Below, piece by piece: positions 8,635 through 18,257 of a stretch of 32,000 bases of DNA. Source of the stretch: Candidatus Freyarchaeum deiterrae (lineage in GTDB: Archaea > Asgardarchaeota > Jordiarchaeia > Jordiarchaeales > Jordiarchaeaceae); contig CP147778.1 in NCBI GenBank assembly GCA_037305845.1, forward strand, positions 1,452,259-1,484,258, written 5' to 3'. The notes beneath the pieces are model-generated. The model saw only the letters and a program-made list of their open reading frames with translations, was not told the DNA's origin and searched no databases. Numbering within the stretch: position 1 is the stretch's first letter; each line of letters begins with the position of its first letter. The position numbers were made by a program, and so were the translations under genes.

Positions 8635-9075
8635 ATGGTTGGTAAATCACCCAAAGGCGAGTTTGCAGCTCGTACACTCAAGACAAAAAGTAAAAACGCG
8701 AGATGGAAAGACAGATATTATAAACGTAGAATGTTACACCTGGACGTTAAAGCAGACCCCTTAGAGGGCGCTCCGCAGGCTCGAGCCATCGTGCTTGAAA
8801 AGGTTGGAGTGGAATGCAAACAGCCAAACTCTTCCATTAGAAAATGCGTCCGAGTACAACTCATTAAGAACGGTAAGCAGATTACGGCTTTCCTACCGGG
8901 CGATGGTGCATTAAACTTTGTTGATGAACATGACGAAGTCATTGTAGCGGGTATAGGCGGAGCTAGAGGCGGTGCCTTTGGTGATATACCCGGAGTGAGA
9001 TGGAAGGTTGTTAAGGTCAACGGAGTGTCTTTAGAAGCCCTTCTTATAGGAAAGAGAGAAAAACCAATAAGGTAA
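8635..9075 (+). CDS. rps12: 30S ribosomal protein S12
   Basis: [30 protein letters not shown]...[13 protein letters not shown] is canonical archaeal S12, 146 aa. Confidence 0.95.
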   Translation: MVGKSPKGEFAARTLKTKSKNARWKDRYYKRRMLHLDVKADPLEGAPQARAIVLEKVGVECKQPNSSIRKCVRVQLIKNGKQITAFLPGDGALNFVDEHDEVIVAGIGGARGGAFGDIPGVRWKVVKVNGVSLEALLIGKREKPIR

Positions 9076-9166
9076 GGATTATTCCCAAAATTATCTTAAA
9101 TTATAATTAATGTTAACACTAAGACGAAATAATCAGCATTTTCCACAAAAAGAGGTAAGTAATGAG

Positions 9167-9733
9167 ATGAGCGAAATCAAAGTATTTGGAAAATGGATAA
9201 CAGATGATGTTGAAGTGCATGATGTAGGACTAAGAGGAAGTATTAATCTCACTCCAAAATATGTTCCTCATACTGACGGCCGGCATGAACATAGAAGATT
9301 TATGAAAGCCCGGGTTTTTATAGTAGAGAGGCTGATTAACAAGCTACAGAACCCTGGACGAAATGCTGGCAAAAAAATGAAGGCCCTTAACATTGTCAGA
9401 CTCACTTTTGAAATTATTAATATAAAGACCGGGGAAAATCCTTTACAAGTCCTAGTTAATGCTGTAGAAAACGCGGCTCCTAGAGAAGAAACCACAAGAA
9501 TCAGTTACGGTGGAATTGTTTACCATCAAGCGGTGGACGTCTCTCCCCTGAGGCGAGTGGATCTTGCCTTAAGGTTTATAACAAATGCAGCCAGAAAAGC
9601 AAGTTTTGGTACACAGAAAACCATAGAGGAATGCTTAGCAGACGAATTAATTTCAGCGGCCAATAATGAAACTAAAAGCAGTGCGGTAATGAGGAAAGAA
9701 GAAAAAGAGCGGATAGCAACATCAGTACGATAA
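9167..9733 (+). CDS. rps7: 30S ribosomal protein S7
   Basis: MSEIKVFGKW...PREETTRISYGGIVYHQAVDVSPLRRVDLALR matches S7. I prefer the ATG at 9167 (GAGG upstream) over the ORF-track start at 9110, because the upstream 19 residues match nothing in S7. Confidence 0.85.
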   Translation: MSEIKVFGKWITDDVEVHDVGLRGSINLTPKYVPHTDGRHEHRRFMKARVFIVERLINKLQNPGRNAGKKMKALNIVRLTFEIINIKTGENPLQVLVNAVENAAPREETTRISYGGIVYHQAVDVSPLRRVDLALRFITNAARKASFGTQKTIEECLADELISAANNETKSSAVMRKEEKERIATSVR

Positions 9734-9988
9734 AGCATTTATGCGACATAACACAAAATTCTATGGAAGCTTTTTCCTCAATTTTTTAAATTAATTTAAA
9801 ACCTCTATAAGGCTAGCTTATCAAAAAATTGACTTGATTTTTATCTGGTAACTGAATTATAAGAAATAGGAAAATTACCAATATTTCGGGAACATTAACT
9901 GTATATTTGACTTTCTTTTTTCTAAAAATGCAAGTAATCGAAATTTAACCTTTAAAAGGTTAGAGTAGATAGTTTTATGATATGATTT

Positions 9989-10429
9989 TTAACTAATTAT
10001 TACGTCATCTATTTGGAAATGCCTCCGTGCCAACAAACGAGCGCGGGCAACATTACGGCCACTTTTTCCAATAGCTATTCCTTTGTCTTTGGAGTCTGCG
10101 TTTACAACTGCCACTTTTCGTCCGTTTCTTTTTTCCGTTATGTGGATGGATTTTATGCGTGCCGGGGCGAGAGTATTTTTTATAAAGTCTTCAGGGTTAT
10201 CTGCGTACTCCACGACGTCGATGGGTTTTTTGATAAAGTCTCTAACTCTTTTTATGTTTGTGCCTTTCTTGCCTATTGCCATACCGATGTCTCCTGATTT
10301 GATCACGAAAACAATTCTTCCTTCTTCTTCGTCGATAATGCAATCCTTAACTACAGCACCAGTTATGCTCTCAAAGAGAGCAATATATCGGAGCTCGTTT
10401 GAGGTAAGTTTTACACTATAGCTTGCCAT
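9989..10429 (-). CDS. nusA: Archaeal NusA-like protein (two KH domains)
   Basis: 146 aa with two GxxG KH signatures (AIGKKGTNIKR and AIGKSGRNVARAR). It sits directly downstream of L30e and rpoA''. Confidence 0.85.
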   Translation of the reverse strand: MASYSVKLTSNELRYIALFESITGAVVKDCIIDEEEGRIVFVIKSGDIGMAIGKKGTNIKRVRDFIKKPIDVVEYADNPEDFIKNTLAPARIKSIHITEKRNGRKVAVVNADSKDKGIAIGKSGRNVARARLLARRHFQIDDVIIS

Positions 10430-10434
10430 TTATT

Positions 10435-10734
10435 TTATTCCTCCTTAAGTTTTAGAATTTTAGAATCTCCTGGTTGTTCAACTGCCATGCATGCTATCAT
10501 GTGGGGTCTTCCACAAACGGCGCCGAGATCCCAGCTTGTGCCAGAGTAGGTGTAGACTGAAACCTCGGAGAGTTCACCGTAGTGGAGAACCTCTTGTTGA
10601 GTTTCTATTGGGCAGTTTTTAGATATAATTACTAGTTGGGGTTTTCCCTGTTTTATTAGTCTTAGTGTTCTTTTTGTGCCTAGAACTACTTTTCCAGTTT
10701 TAACTGCAAGAGTTATTGCTTTGTCAACGTCCAA
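10435..10734 (-). CDS. rpl30e: 50S ribosomal protein L30e
   Basis: 99 aa with KTGKVVLGTKRTLRLIKQGKPQLVIISKNCP...YSGTSWDLGAVCGRP. Confidence 0.9.
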   Translation of the reverse strand: MDVDKAITLAVKTGKVVLGTKRTLRLIKQGKPQLVIISKNCPIETQQEVLHYGELSEVSVYTYSGTSWDLGAVCGRPHMIACMAVEQPGDSKILKLKEE

Positions 10735-10735
10735 T

Positions 10736-11932
10736 TTATGTTTCCTCCTTCTTATTTTCTTGTTTTGGGTATTGGCCCATTAATAAGTCAATTGCGCCGG
10801 TACCTACGGGTATCATTTGTCCTACAATAACGTTTTCGGTTATACCGCTCAGAGTATCTTCCTCCCCTTTTACGCTCGCCTCTATTAAATGTTTTACTGT
10901 TACCTCAAATGCAGCTCTTGCAAGAACGCTTTCTTTCTCTCCACTTATTCCATGGCGTCCAATTTGCCTTATGTCGCCGGAAACCGTCATTAAATCCGCT
11001 ACTAACATTATATGGCGAATATCGACATCAAGCCCCTGTTCATCTAGAACCTTGCTTGCCTCTTCGATTATGGCATTTCGGGCAGCCTCGACGCCGAGAG
11101 TTTGGGCGACTTCATGAATATGGTTTGAACTGGTTCTTGAGACATCGACGCCTGGAATACGGAGAACTTCAGGTAGATTTGTTCCCTCTGAATACAAAAC
11201 GTATTCATTTACATCTCTCTCTTTTTTAATGACAACACGATCTATTCCTATAACTCCCTTCAGAGTTAGGCTTCTTGTTTTTTCAAGAAGTTTTTGTAGG
11301 TCTGCTAAGCTCTCATACTCTGGAGTCAGTAAAATAGTGTTGCCTTGGAGAACAACTTCGCCTTTCTTAAGGTTTTTTACCTTTTCCAATACCATTTCCG
11401 CTGTGATACCCTTGTCCTCCACGAGTTCAGGATCCAAATTAATTACAATCTGCATTGTGGTAAGGTCTATTTCCACATTGTACGCAACATTTTCTATTCT
11501 TGTAGTTTCAATCAATCTCGCTACTTCTCTTGCCTTTGCGAGATCGTAACAGTGCTCCTTATCTAAATGAATTGTCATCATTGGAGTAGCGGGGTTACGT
11601 CTGGCGTCAACAATTTCTATTAAACGAGGCAAACCTAGTGTTACGTTAAGTTCAGCTACACCGGCGTAGTGGAATGTCTTTAGTGTCATCTGTGTGCCTG
11701 GTTCTCCCAAACTCTGAGCAGCAACTGTACCTACAGCCTCTTCAGGTTCTACTAATACCTGAGAATAAGCTTTTTTGACCTCTTCTATTATTTTCTTAAC
11801 TTTTTTTGGGGTAAAATTATCTTCATTAATTCTGGCTTTCAAAGCCTTCTCAAGCTCATCAATTAGTAAGGATGGAAGAGAAGCCTCGCTTCTTAGCTTT
11901 TCTATTTGGCTTACAATTTCCTCAATTGACAT
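10736..11932 (-). CDS. rpoA2: DNA-directed RNA polymerase subunit A''
   Basis: AQSLGEPGTQMTLKTFHYAGV...NVTLGLPRLIEI and the C-terminal VIVGQMIPVGTG match subunit A''. Confidence 0.95.
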   Translation of the reverse strand: MSIEEIVSQIEKLRSEASLPSLLIDELEKALKARINEDNFTPKKVKKIIEEVKKAYSQVLVEPEEAVGTVAAQSLGEPGTQMTLKTFHYAGVAELNVTLGLPRLIEIVDARRNPATPMMTIHLDKEHCYDLAKAREVARLIETTRIENVAYNVEIDLTTMQIVINLDPELVEDKGITAEMVLEKVKNLKKGEVVLQGNTILLTPEYESLADLQKLLEKTRSLTLKGVIGIDRVVIKKERDVNEYVLYSEGTNLPEVLRIPGVDVSRTSSNHIHEVAQTLGVEAARNAIIEEASKVLDEQGLDVDIRHIMLVADLMTVSGDIRQIGRHGISGEKESVLARAAFEVTVKHLIEASVKGEEDTLSGITENVIVGQMIPVGTGAIDLLMGQYPKQENKKEET

Positions 11933-12078
11933 TTTAACTCACTTTATACCTCTAAGGGCGTCTAATACTTAATGAGTGGCGTATTTTTTATTCAGCAGTT
12001 TTCTTACTTTGTCCGTAGCTAACTTTTTCCACTCCATCTATAATTTACATGAGTACTCAGATTGGTAGCGTCCTATAT

Positions 12079-14727
12079 TCACTCTTCCTCGCTGAGTACT
12101 TTTTCGATTATTACTTTTATGTTTACTGATTTACCATGATCGCTTTTGGATGGGTCTGCTCCGTCTTCTCCATACTGGAATTGAATTATACTTCCAGCCG
12201 CATTTCTAACAGTTCTGTCATACTCCACCTTGATGTCTTGAAGAGCGTTTATCAATCTTCTCTGCATATATCCGCTGGTGCTAGTTCTAACAGCTGTATC
12301 AACTAATCCTTCTCTGCCACCCATCGCGTGGAAGAAGAATTCAATGGGACTCAATCCCCTCTGATAACTAGCACTAACAAAACCTCTTGCTTTTGCGCTC
12401 AAGTCGCCTTCCTCAAAATGAGGCAGTGTTCTGTTTCTGTATCCTCTCTGTATTCTGCTACCTCTCACCGATTGTTGTCCTACGCAGGCAGCCATCTGTG
12501 CAAGGTTGAGCAGAGTTCCTCGTGCGCCAGTCTTAGCCATTATTACTGCATGGTTTTGCATACCGAGGTATTCTCCCGCCACATCACCAGCTTTGTCTCG
12601 AGCATTAGAAAGTTCCTGCATAATTAGCATCTCTAATGTTTCTTGAAGTGTTCTGCCGGGTAGACTCTCGAGTTCTCCTCGTCGGTATGTGTCAACTAAT
12701 TCATTAACTTTATTATTAGATTCCTGCAGAATTTCGTTTACACGGGAAAGAGCTTCCTTTGTTATGTCTACATCGTCAATTCCCATTGTAAAGCCCAATC
12801 TAGTTATCATAAGCGTTAACATTCGTGTGACCGAGTCTAGGAAATCACGCGCTTGATCCGCTCCATAATCTTTTACAATTCTGTGGAATAAGCTCTCAGG
12901 TACTCCCGCACCGAAAGCGGATTTATCAATTACACCCGAAACGAGATTTCCGTTGCGAACCATTACAAAGTAATCATTTGGGCAACTCTCCTTCGAACAT
13001 GTATCACATCGTTTACAGATTTTTGCTTTAAAGGAGAGATTCAGGTCTTTGGGTAAAAGAACGCTGAAAATTTGTTTTCCTGTCCAGAGTTCCATGGGGC
13101 TTTTAATTGCTGGAGGAGGAAGTTCAGTACGTCCAGCTACTAAGAGAAGGTCGCATGTATCCTTTCTGTTAAAGAAAGTATCCTTTTTCGTGAGCAAATA
13201 AGCTGATGAAATAAAATCTTGAATGCCGCCTATAATCGGACCGCCGTAACGCGGACTAAGGATATTTTCCTGAACTCTCATTAAAACAAAGGCTTCTGCT
13301 CGCGCCTCCTCACCCTGGGGAACGTGAAGATTCATTTCATCTCCATCAAAATCTGCGTTGTATGGAGGACAGACGCAAAGATTTAATCTAAATGTTTTAA
13401 ACGGCATCACGCGTACCTGATGTGCCATTATGGACATCCTGTGTAATGAGGGCTGTCTGTTAAAGAGCACAATATCCTTATCTCTGAGATGCCTCTCTAC
13501 AATAAATCCCACTTCTAGAGTATCCGCGATAGCTTTTCGATCCTTTACGAAACGAAGGTCAATTCTTCTTCCATCGCTACGTATAACGTAGTTTGCACCC
13601 GGAGGTTTCTCAGGTCCCCTTATAATTAGCTCTTTCATTTCCTCTATATTCCACTCGGTTATTCGCTCAGGTATTGTCAAAATTTCCGCGATTTCAAGGG
13701 GTACCCCAACCTCATTTATACCAAGATTAGGGTCAGGGGATATCACGGTTCTTGCAGAAAAGTCAACTCTCTTCCCTGATAGATTACTTCTAAAACGGCC
13801 TTCTTTTCCTTTAAGTCTCTGCGCGAGAGTACGCAGAGCTCTTCCAGACCTGTGTCTTGCCGGTGGTATTCCTGACATTTCATTATCAAAGTAAGTAGTA
13901 ACATGATACTGAAGCAGTTCCCATAAGTCCTCCACGATAAGTTGAGGAGCACCCGCCTCAATATTCTCCCTCAAACGTTGATTGATACGGATAACATCAA
14001 CAAGTTTGTGTGTAAGATCATCTTCAGAACGGACCCCCGAGTCTAGGGTGATGCTAGGGCGTACTGCCACAGGGGGCACGGGTAGGACGGTGAGAACCAT
14101 CCATTCAGGCCGAGCGAATTTGGGGTTTATTCCAATCAAGCGACAATCATCATCAATAATTCGCTCACACCTGTCTCTGACATCACTCGGAGTTAAACGA
14201 ATAGATCCTATGTCGGTCTCCTCATAAAATGTAGTGGGCTTTTCTAAACGGATCTTAAGCTGTTTCTCTCCACAATGAGGGCATGTACTTATTCTGGAGG
14301 CTCTCTTTGTTACCTCCGTCGTTATACTATCGCTCAAAGTTCCAGTTTCTTTCTCATAAGCATCCATTTGCTCTTTAAAAACCGTAATTTCATCATCAGG
14401 CAGAAGGAGACGTGAACAAGAGCGACAGGTGGCTCTAAGAATTTTCTGAAGAAGTTTAGCAAATCCCTCATGAATCACGGGGCGCGCTAACTCAATGTGA
14501 CCGAAATGACCCTGGCATTCTCCTACTCTACTTCCACACGTCTTGCATCGTCTACCTGGTTCTATTGTTCCAAGTCTGCTGTCCATTAATCCCGAGTCTA
14601 TCGGTGCCCCGTCCTCGTCGTATGTGTCGGGCGTTATTATTCTAGTAACGGACATTCTTCGGATCTCGTCTGGTGATAGTAATCCAAATTTTATCGAGTC
14701 AACAACCTTGGGAAGTCTGAATGCCAA
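12079..14727 (-). CDS. rpoA1: DNA-directed RNA polymerase subunit A'
   Basis: 882 aa with zinc motifs CKTCG...GHFGHIEL, then NRQPSLHRMSIMAH and the catalytic NADFDGDEMNLH. The TTG start at 14727 has GGAG 8 nt upstream. Confidence 0.95.
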   Translation of the reverse strand: MAFRLPKVVDSIKFGLLSPDEIRRMSVTRIITPDTYDEDGAPIDSGLMDSRLGTIEPGRRCKTCGSRVGECQGHFGHIELARPVIHEGFAKLLQKILRATCRSCSRLLLPDDEITVFKEQMDAYEKETGTLSDSITTEVTKRASRISTCPHCGEKQLKIRLEKPTTFYEETDIGSIRLTPSDVRDRCERIIDDDCRLIGINPKFARPEWMVLTVLPVPPVAVRPSITLDSGVRSEDDLTHKLVDVIRINQRLRENIEAGAPQLIVEDLWELLQYHVTTYFDNEMSGIPPARHRSGRALRTLAQRLKGKEGRFRSNLSGKRVDFSARTVISPDPNLGINEVGVPLEIAEILTIPERITEWNIEEMKELIIRGPEKPPGANYVIRSDGRRIDLRFVKDRKAIADTLEVGFIVERHLRDKDIVLFNRQPSLHRMSIMAHQVRVMPFKTFRLNLCVCPPYNADFDGDEMNLHVPQGEEARAEAFVLMRVQENILSPRYGGPIIGGIQDFISSAYLLTKKDTFFNRKDTCDLLLVAGRTELPPPAIKSPMELWTGKQIFSVLLPKDLNLSFKAKICKRCDTCSKESCPNDYFVMVRNGNLVSGVIDKSAFGAGVPESLFHRIVKDYGADQARDFLDSVTRMLTLMITRLGFTMGIDDVDITKEALSRVNEILQESNNKVNELVDTYRRGELESLPGRTLQETLEMLIMQELSNARDKAGDVAGEYLGMQNHAVIMAKTGARGTLLNLAQMAACVGQQSVRGSRIQRGYRNRTLPHFEEGDLSAKARGFVSASYQRGLSPIEFFFHAMGGREGLVDTAVRTSTSGYMQRRLINALQDIKVEYDRTVRNAAGSIIQFQYGEDGADPSKSDHGKSVNIKVIIEKVLSEEE

Positions 14728-15020
14728 CTAATCAACTCCAAAACACTATCAGCTCATCTCTTAAAACTCAAAAGTAGTATCCCTTACAACCAAAGAAGAA
14801 CCTCGCACAACTTATAAACTTTTCTTCAATTTCTTCAGGAACCTCGTCTTGACCCTGTCTTTTTCCTTATGATATGCACACATTGGTCTTAATTTTTTTA
14901 GGCCTTTTTATAAGAAGCCTCAATAAAATATGTCATAATCTGTAGATATGATTATACAGGATTATTTAAAGCCTACTACCCTCAATTCTTTCCCTTTTTG
15001 AAATGTGGCGAGTTTTGTAT

Positions 15021-16841
15021 TTATAAGACGGTAACACTCTTCGCTAAATTCCTCGGCTTGTCAGGGTCGTATCCTCTTTTGGTGGCAGCGTAATAAGCAA
15101 ATAATTGTAGCGGTACCACGTAGGTGATAGGCGAGAATGCTGACGCGGTTTGTGTTATATCAATCATCTTATCGGATAACTTTTGTATCTCATAATCTTC
15201 TTCTTCTGCTATGCTTATTATTGTGGCTTCGCGTGCTTTCATTTCCATAATGTTTCCAATTATTTTTTCATGCGTTTCATCGGGAGGTGTGATAAAGACA
15301 ACCGGAAAACCTGGCTCGATTAACGCTATTGGGCCATGTTTGGATTCTCCCGCGGGGTACGCTTCGGAATGAATATATGAAATTTCTTTTAGTTTTAGAG
15401 AACCTTCCATCGCGGTGGCGGTACTAATCCCTCTTCCCAGAAATAGGAAATTCTGTTTGTTAGCATATTCATAAGCAATATCTCTTATCAGACTCTCCTG
15501 CTTGTTAATGGTTTTCTCGATAATTTTAGGAGTTTGTGAGAGTTCTTCTCTAAGATGTTCTATTTCACCACTGTCGAGTTCACCTGTAACTCCTGCAATC
15601 TTCAAAGAGATTAAGGCCAGGCTAGCTAATTGTACCATGAATGTCTTTGTTGCAGCAACTCCTATTTCGGGTCCAGCCTGCGTGTATAAAGTCAGGTCGG
15701 ACAATCTGGAAATGGTACTTCCCATCACGTTTGTTATGGAAATTATTTTTGCTCCGTTGTCCTTAGCAAATTTTACAGCATTTAGGGTGTCAGCGGTTTC
15801 TCCTGATTGGCTTATTGCGAGAATTGTTGTATCATCGTCTATAAGGTTCGCTGTTGATTCCTGGAATTCCGAGGATATTATCGATTGGCTTCGCACAGAG
15901 GAGAGCTTGGATAACATGTATTTTCCAGCTAATCCTGCATGATTTGATGTCCCCGCAGCTGTGATATATAATCTTTCTGAATCATTAAGGGCTCTTGCGA
16001 TCTCATCGATTATTTCGGGTCTTATCATGAGAGTATTATTGAGTGCGTGAGGCTGTTCATGAATCTCTTTGAGCATAAAATGAGGATAACCACCTTTCTG
16101 AGCCATTTCGGGCGTCCAGGGAACATCAAATATTTTTGGTTCTACCTCCACCTCCCCATTGATGGTTTCGATGCGCATTTCATTACATTGAATAGTTGCC
16201 ATTTCACCATCGTTCATTAATACAACTTTTCTTGTAAATGGAAGAAGCGCAGGTATATCTGAGGCGCAGTAACGCGTGTTTTCACCAATACCTATTACCA
16301 GAGGACTGCCATTCCGGGCGCAAACTAACTTATCTGGCTCCTTTACATAAATAATGACTAAAGCATAGCTTCCCCTTATTTTTTGCAGAGCCAGCCTAGT
16401 AGCCGTACGGAGATCACACTTGTTTTTTGTTATAATCTCTTCTATTAGGTGCGGAATAATCTCGGTGTCCGTTGCTGATACAAACGTGTGCCTTTTTCCT
16501 AATTCATCCCGAAGTTCTAGAAAGTTTTCAATTATACCATTGTGAACCACTGCGATTTTATTTGTACAATCAACATGAGGGTGTGCGTTTATTCTTGAGG
16601 GAAGTCCATGTGTCGCCCATCTTGTGTGACCTATTCCTGTTGTGCCAGGCAACTTGTCCAAGTCTAGTTTTTCATGTATTTCTTTTATTTTCCCCTTATC
16701 TTTTTTTAGGGAGATTGCGTTTTGATAAATTGTTGCAATACCTGCGGAATCATAGCCACGATATTCCAGTCTTAGGAGAGCTTCATGTATAATAGGTGAA
16801 ACGAGTTGATTCTTGTCTACGATACCCACTATTCCGCACAT
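15021..16841 (-). CDS. glmS: Glutamine--fructose-6-phosphate aminotransferase (isomerizing)
   Basis: MCGIVG N-terminal nucleophile, two SIS domains and the C-terminal ...KPRNLAKSVTV(L/E) tail. 606 aa. Confidence 0.95.
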   Translation of the reverse strand: MCGIVGIVDKNQLVSPIIHEALLRLEYRGYDSAGIATIYQNAISLKKDKGKIKEIHEKLDLDKLPGTTGIGHTRWATHGLPSRINAHPHVDCTNKIAVVHNGIIENFLELRDELGKRHTFVSATDTEIIPHLIEEIITKNKCDLRTATRLALQKIRGSYALVIIYVKEPDKLVCARNGSPLVIGIGENTRYCASDIPALLPFTRKVVLMNDGEMATIQCNEMRIETINGEVEVEPKIFDVPWTPEMAQKGGYPHFMLKEIHEQPHALNNTLMIRPEIIDEIARALNDSERLYITAAGTSNHAGLAGKYMLSKLSSVRSQSIISSEFQESTANLIDDDTTILAISQSGETADTLNAVKFAKDNGAKIISITNVMGSTISRLSDLTLYTQAGPEIGVAATKTFMVQLASLALISLKIAGVTGELDSGEIEHLREELSQTPKIIEKTINKQESLIRDIAYEYANKQNFLFLGRGISTATAMEGSLKLKEISYIHSEAYPAGESKHGPIALIEPGFPVVFITPPDETHEKIIGNIMEMKAREATIISIAEEEDYEIQKLSDKMIDITQTASAFSPITYVVPLQLFAYYAATKRGYDPDKPRNLAKSVTVL

Positions 16842-16890
16842 TTTTTTCCCTCAGCTTCAGGATAGTTAAAACTAAGATTAGTCTTGCTTT

Positions 16891-18255
16891 TTATGTATTT
16901 GTGTCTACACCACCCTGAAGTATTTGGTAACCATTATAGGGCTCCCGGGAAGTTATTTCTCCACATAAGTTAGTAGTCATTTGTTTGTATATTTCTTCCA
17001 TGTTTTTTGTATGCCCTAGAATATAGATCAATTTTACATAAGCAGTTTCAGGTAACATATTCTCACAGGGAATTACTCCTATTTTTAGAAGATCTCTTCC
17101 TCTTTCATACACATTCATTCCTACAAATCCGTAAAGGCATTGCGAGGTCATCGCTATGGGGATATTTTCTTCTTTAGCTCGGGTTAAAGAATCCATTAGA
17201 GTTTTGGGGCAGTGACCTAAACCGGTACCAGCCAGAACAATTCCATGATATTTTGAATCTATAAGGTGGTTAATAATATCGGCTTCTATTCCAGGATACG
17301 TAAATACCAATGCAACTTTAGGGTCTAGTTTTGTATCCGATTCCACCTCGCCTTGCTTCTTCCTTTTTTTATAATCGTTTCTAATCATTTTTATCTCATT
17401 ATTCAGCACTAACCCAAGAGGGATATCTCCAATTGTACGAAAGGCGTCTCTTCTACTGGTATGCATTTTTCTAACTCTAGTTCCCCTGTGAATCAAGTTA
17501 TAGTCGTCGCTACTATGCCCATGCATACAAATAACCACTTCAGCTATATCGCTAAACGCGGCAACTCTAGCTGCGGAAATCAGATTTATCGCTGCATCAC
17601 TTGATGGTCTGTCACTACTCCTCTGGCTTCCAACTAAAACTACTGGAACTGGTAAATCTTTTAGCATAAATGATAACGCTGAAGAAGTAAAGTGCATAGT
17701 ATCTGTGCCATGGGGAATAATGATTCCGTCTACTCCCGAGTTTATTTGTTCAGCTGCCATTTCCGCAATTTTAACCCAGTATTCCGGTCTCATATCTTCT
17801 GAAAATATTTCAAACAAGAGTTCTGTTTTTAGATTACAGACTTCTGCAAGTTCTGGAACCGCACTAAAAAGCTCCTGAGGAGTAAAAGCGGGCATAACAG
17901 CCCCGGTTCTGTAATCGAGCCTACTCGCCACCGTACCCCCAGTGCCAATAAGAAATACGTTTGGTTTCTTGGAATCGAACTCAACTTCTATTTCGGGGAT
18001 GGCGTAAAGACCGGGGTTATATCCTATCTCTTTGATTTCTGTATCATCTGTAATTTTTACTCCGATGTTGTAGCCAGTGTCTAGTTTAAGAACTAGATGC
18101 TGATCATCACCCATATCGGATCTTGGTAGTAATACTCCCTTGTATGTTGCTTCAGGTGTAACTACTTCAATAACACTCCAAATCTTGACTTCTGCGAACT
18201 CTAGCTTTTTTCTAACAAATCCCCAATATCCTTGTAATTCCTCTTTTATGGTCAT
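16891..18255 (-). CDS. gatD: Glutamyl-tRNA(Gln) amidotransferase subunit D
   Basis: Asparaginase-like core (GTGGTVASRLDYRTG, HGTDTMHFTSSALSF) with a GatD-type N-terminal domain. The start lies 2 nt after the gatE stop. Confidence 0.9.
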   Translation of the reverse strand: MTIKEELQGYWGFVRKKLEFAEVKIWSVIEVVTPEATYKGVLLPRSDMGDDQHLVLKLDTGYNIGVKITDDTEIKEIGYNPGLYAIPEIEVEFDSKKPNVFLIGTGGTVASRLDYRTGAVMPAFTPQELFSAVPELAEVCNLKTELLFEIFSEDMRPEYWVKIAEMAAEQINSGVDGIIIPHGTDTMHFTSSALSFMLKDLPVPVVLVGSQRSSDRPSSDAAINLISAARVAAFSDIAEVVICMHGHSSDDYNLIHRGTRVRKMHTSRRDAFRTIGDIPLGLVLNNEIKMIRNDYKKRKKQGEVESDTKLDPKVALVFTYPGIEADIINHLIDSKYHGIVLAGTGLGHCPKTLMDSLTRAKEENIPIAMTSQCLYGFVGMNVYERGRDLLKIGVIPCENMLPETAYVKLIYILGHTKNMEEIYKQMTTNLCGEITSREPYNGYQILQGGVDTNT

Positions 18256-18257
18256 TA

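Noticed and set aside
9946-9960. Perfect palindrome aacctttaaaaggtt in the convergent S7/NusA spacer, and palindromes ccagaattctgg (3658..3669) and agaatattct (about 7280..7289), as regulatory sites or ncRNA
   Set aside because: They are short AT-rich palindromes of a kind expected by chance in AT-rich spacers, with no repetition and no flanking structure. At most they are terminator-proximal hairpins or operator candidates, and the sequence alone does not support a specific call.
11933-12078. The 146-nt gap between rpoA' and rpoA'', containing a 22-codon ORF (MEWKKLATDKVRKLLNKKYATH), as a hidden exon or small gene
   Set aside because: Both RNAP subunits have complete, normal termini (A' ends ...KVLSEEE and A'' begins MSIEEIVSQIEKL). 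I found no BHB-like fold, and the mini-ORF has no SD or recognisable similarity. An internal promoter (ggtataaag) is more likely.
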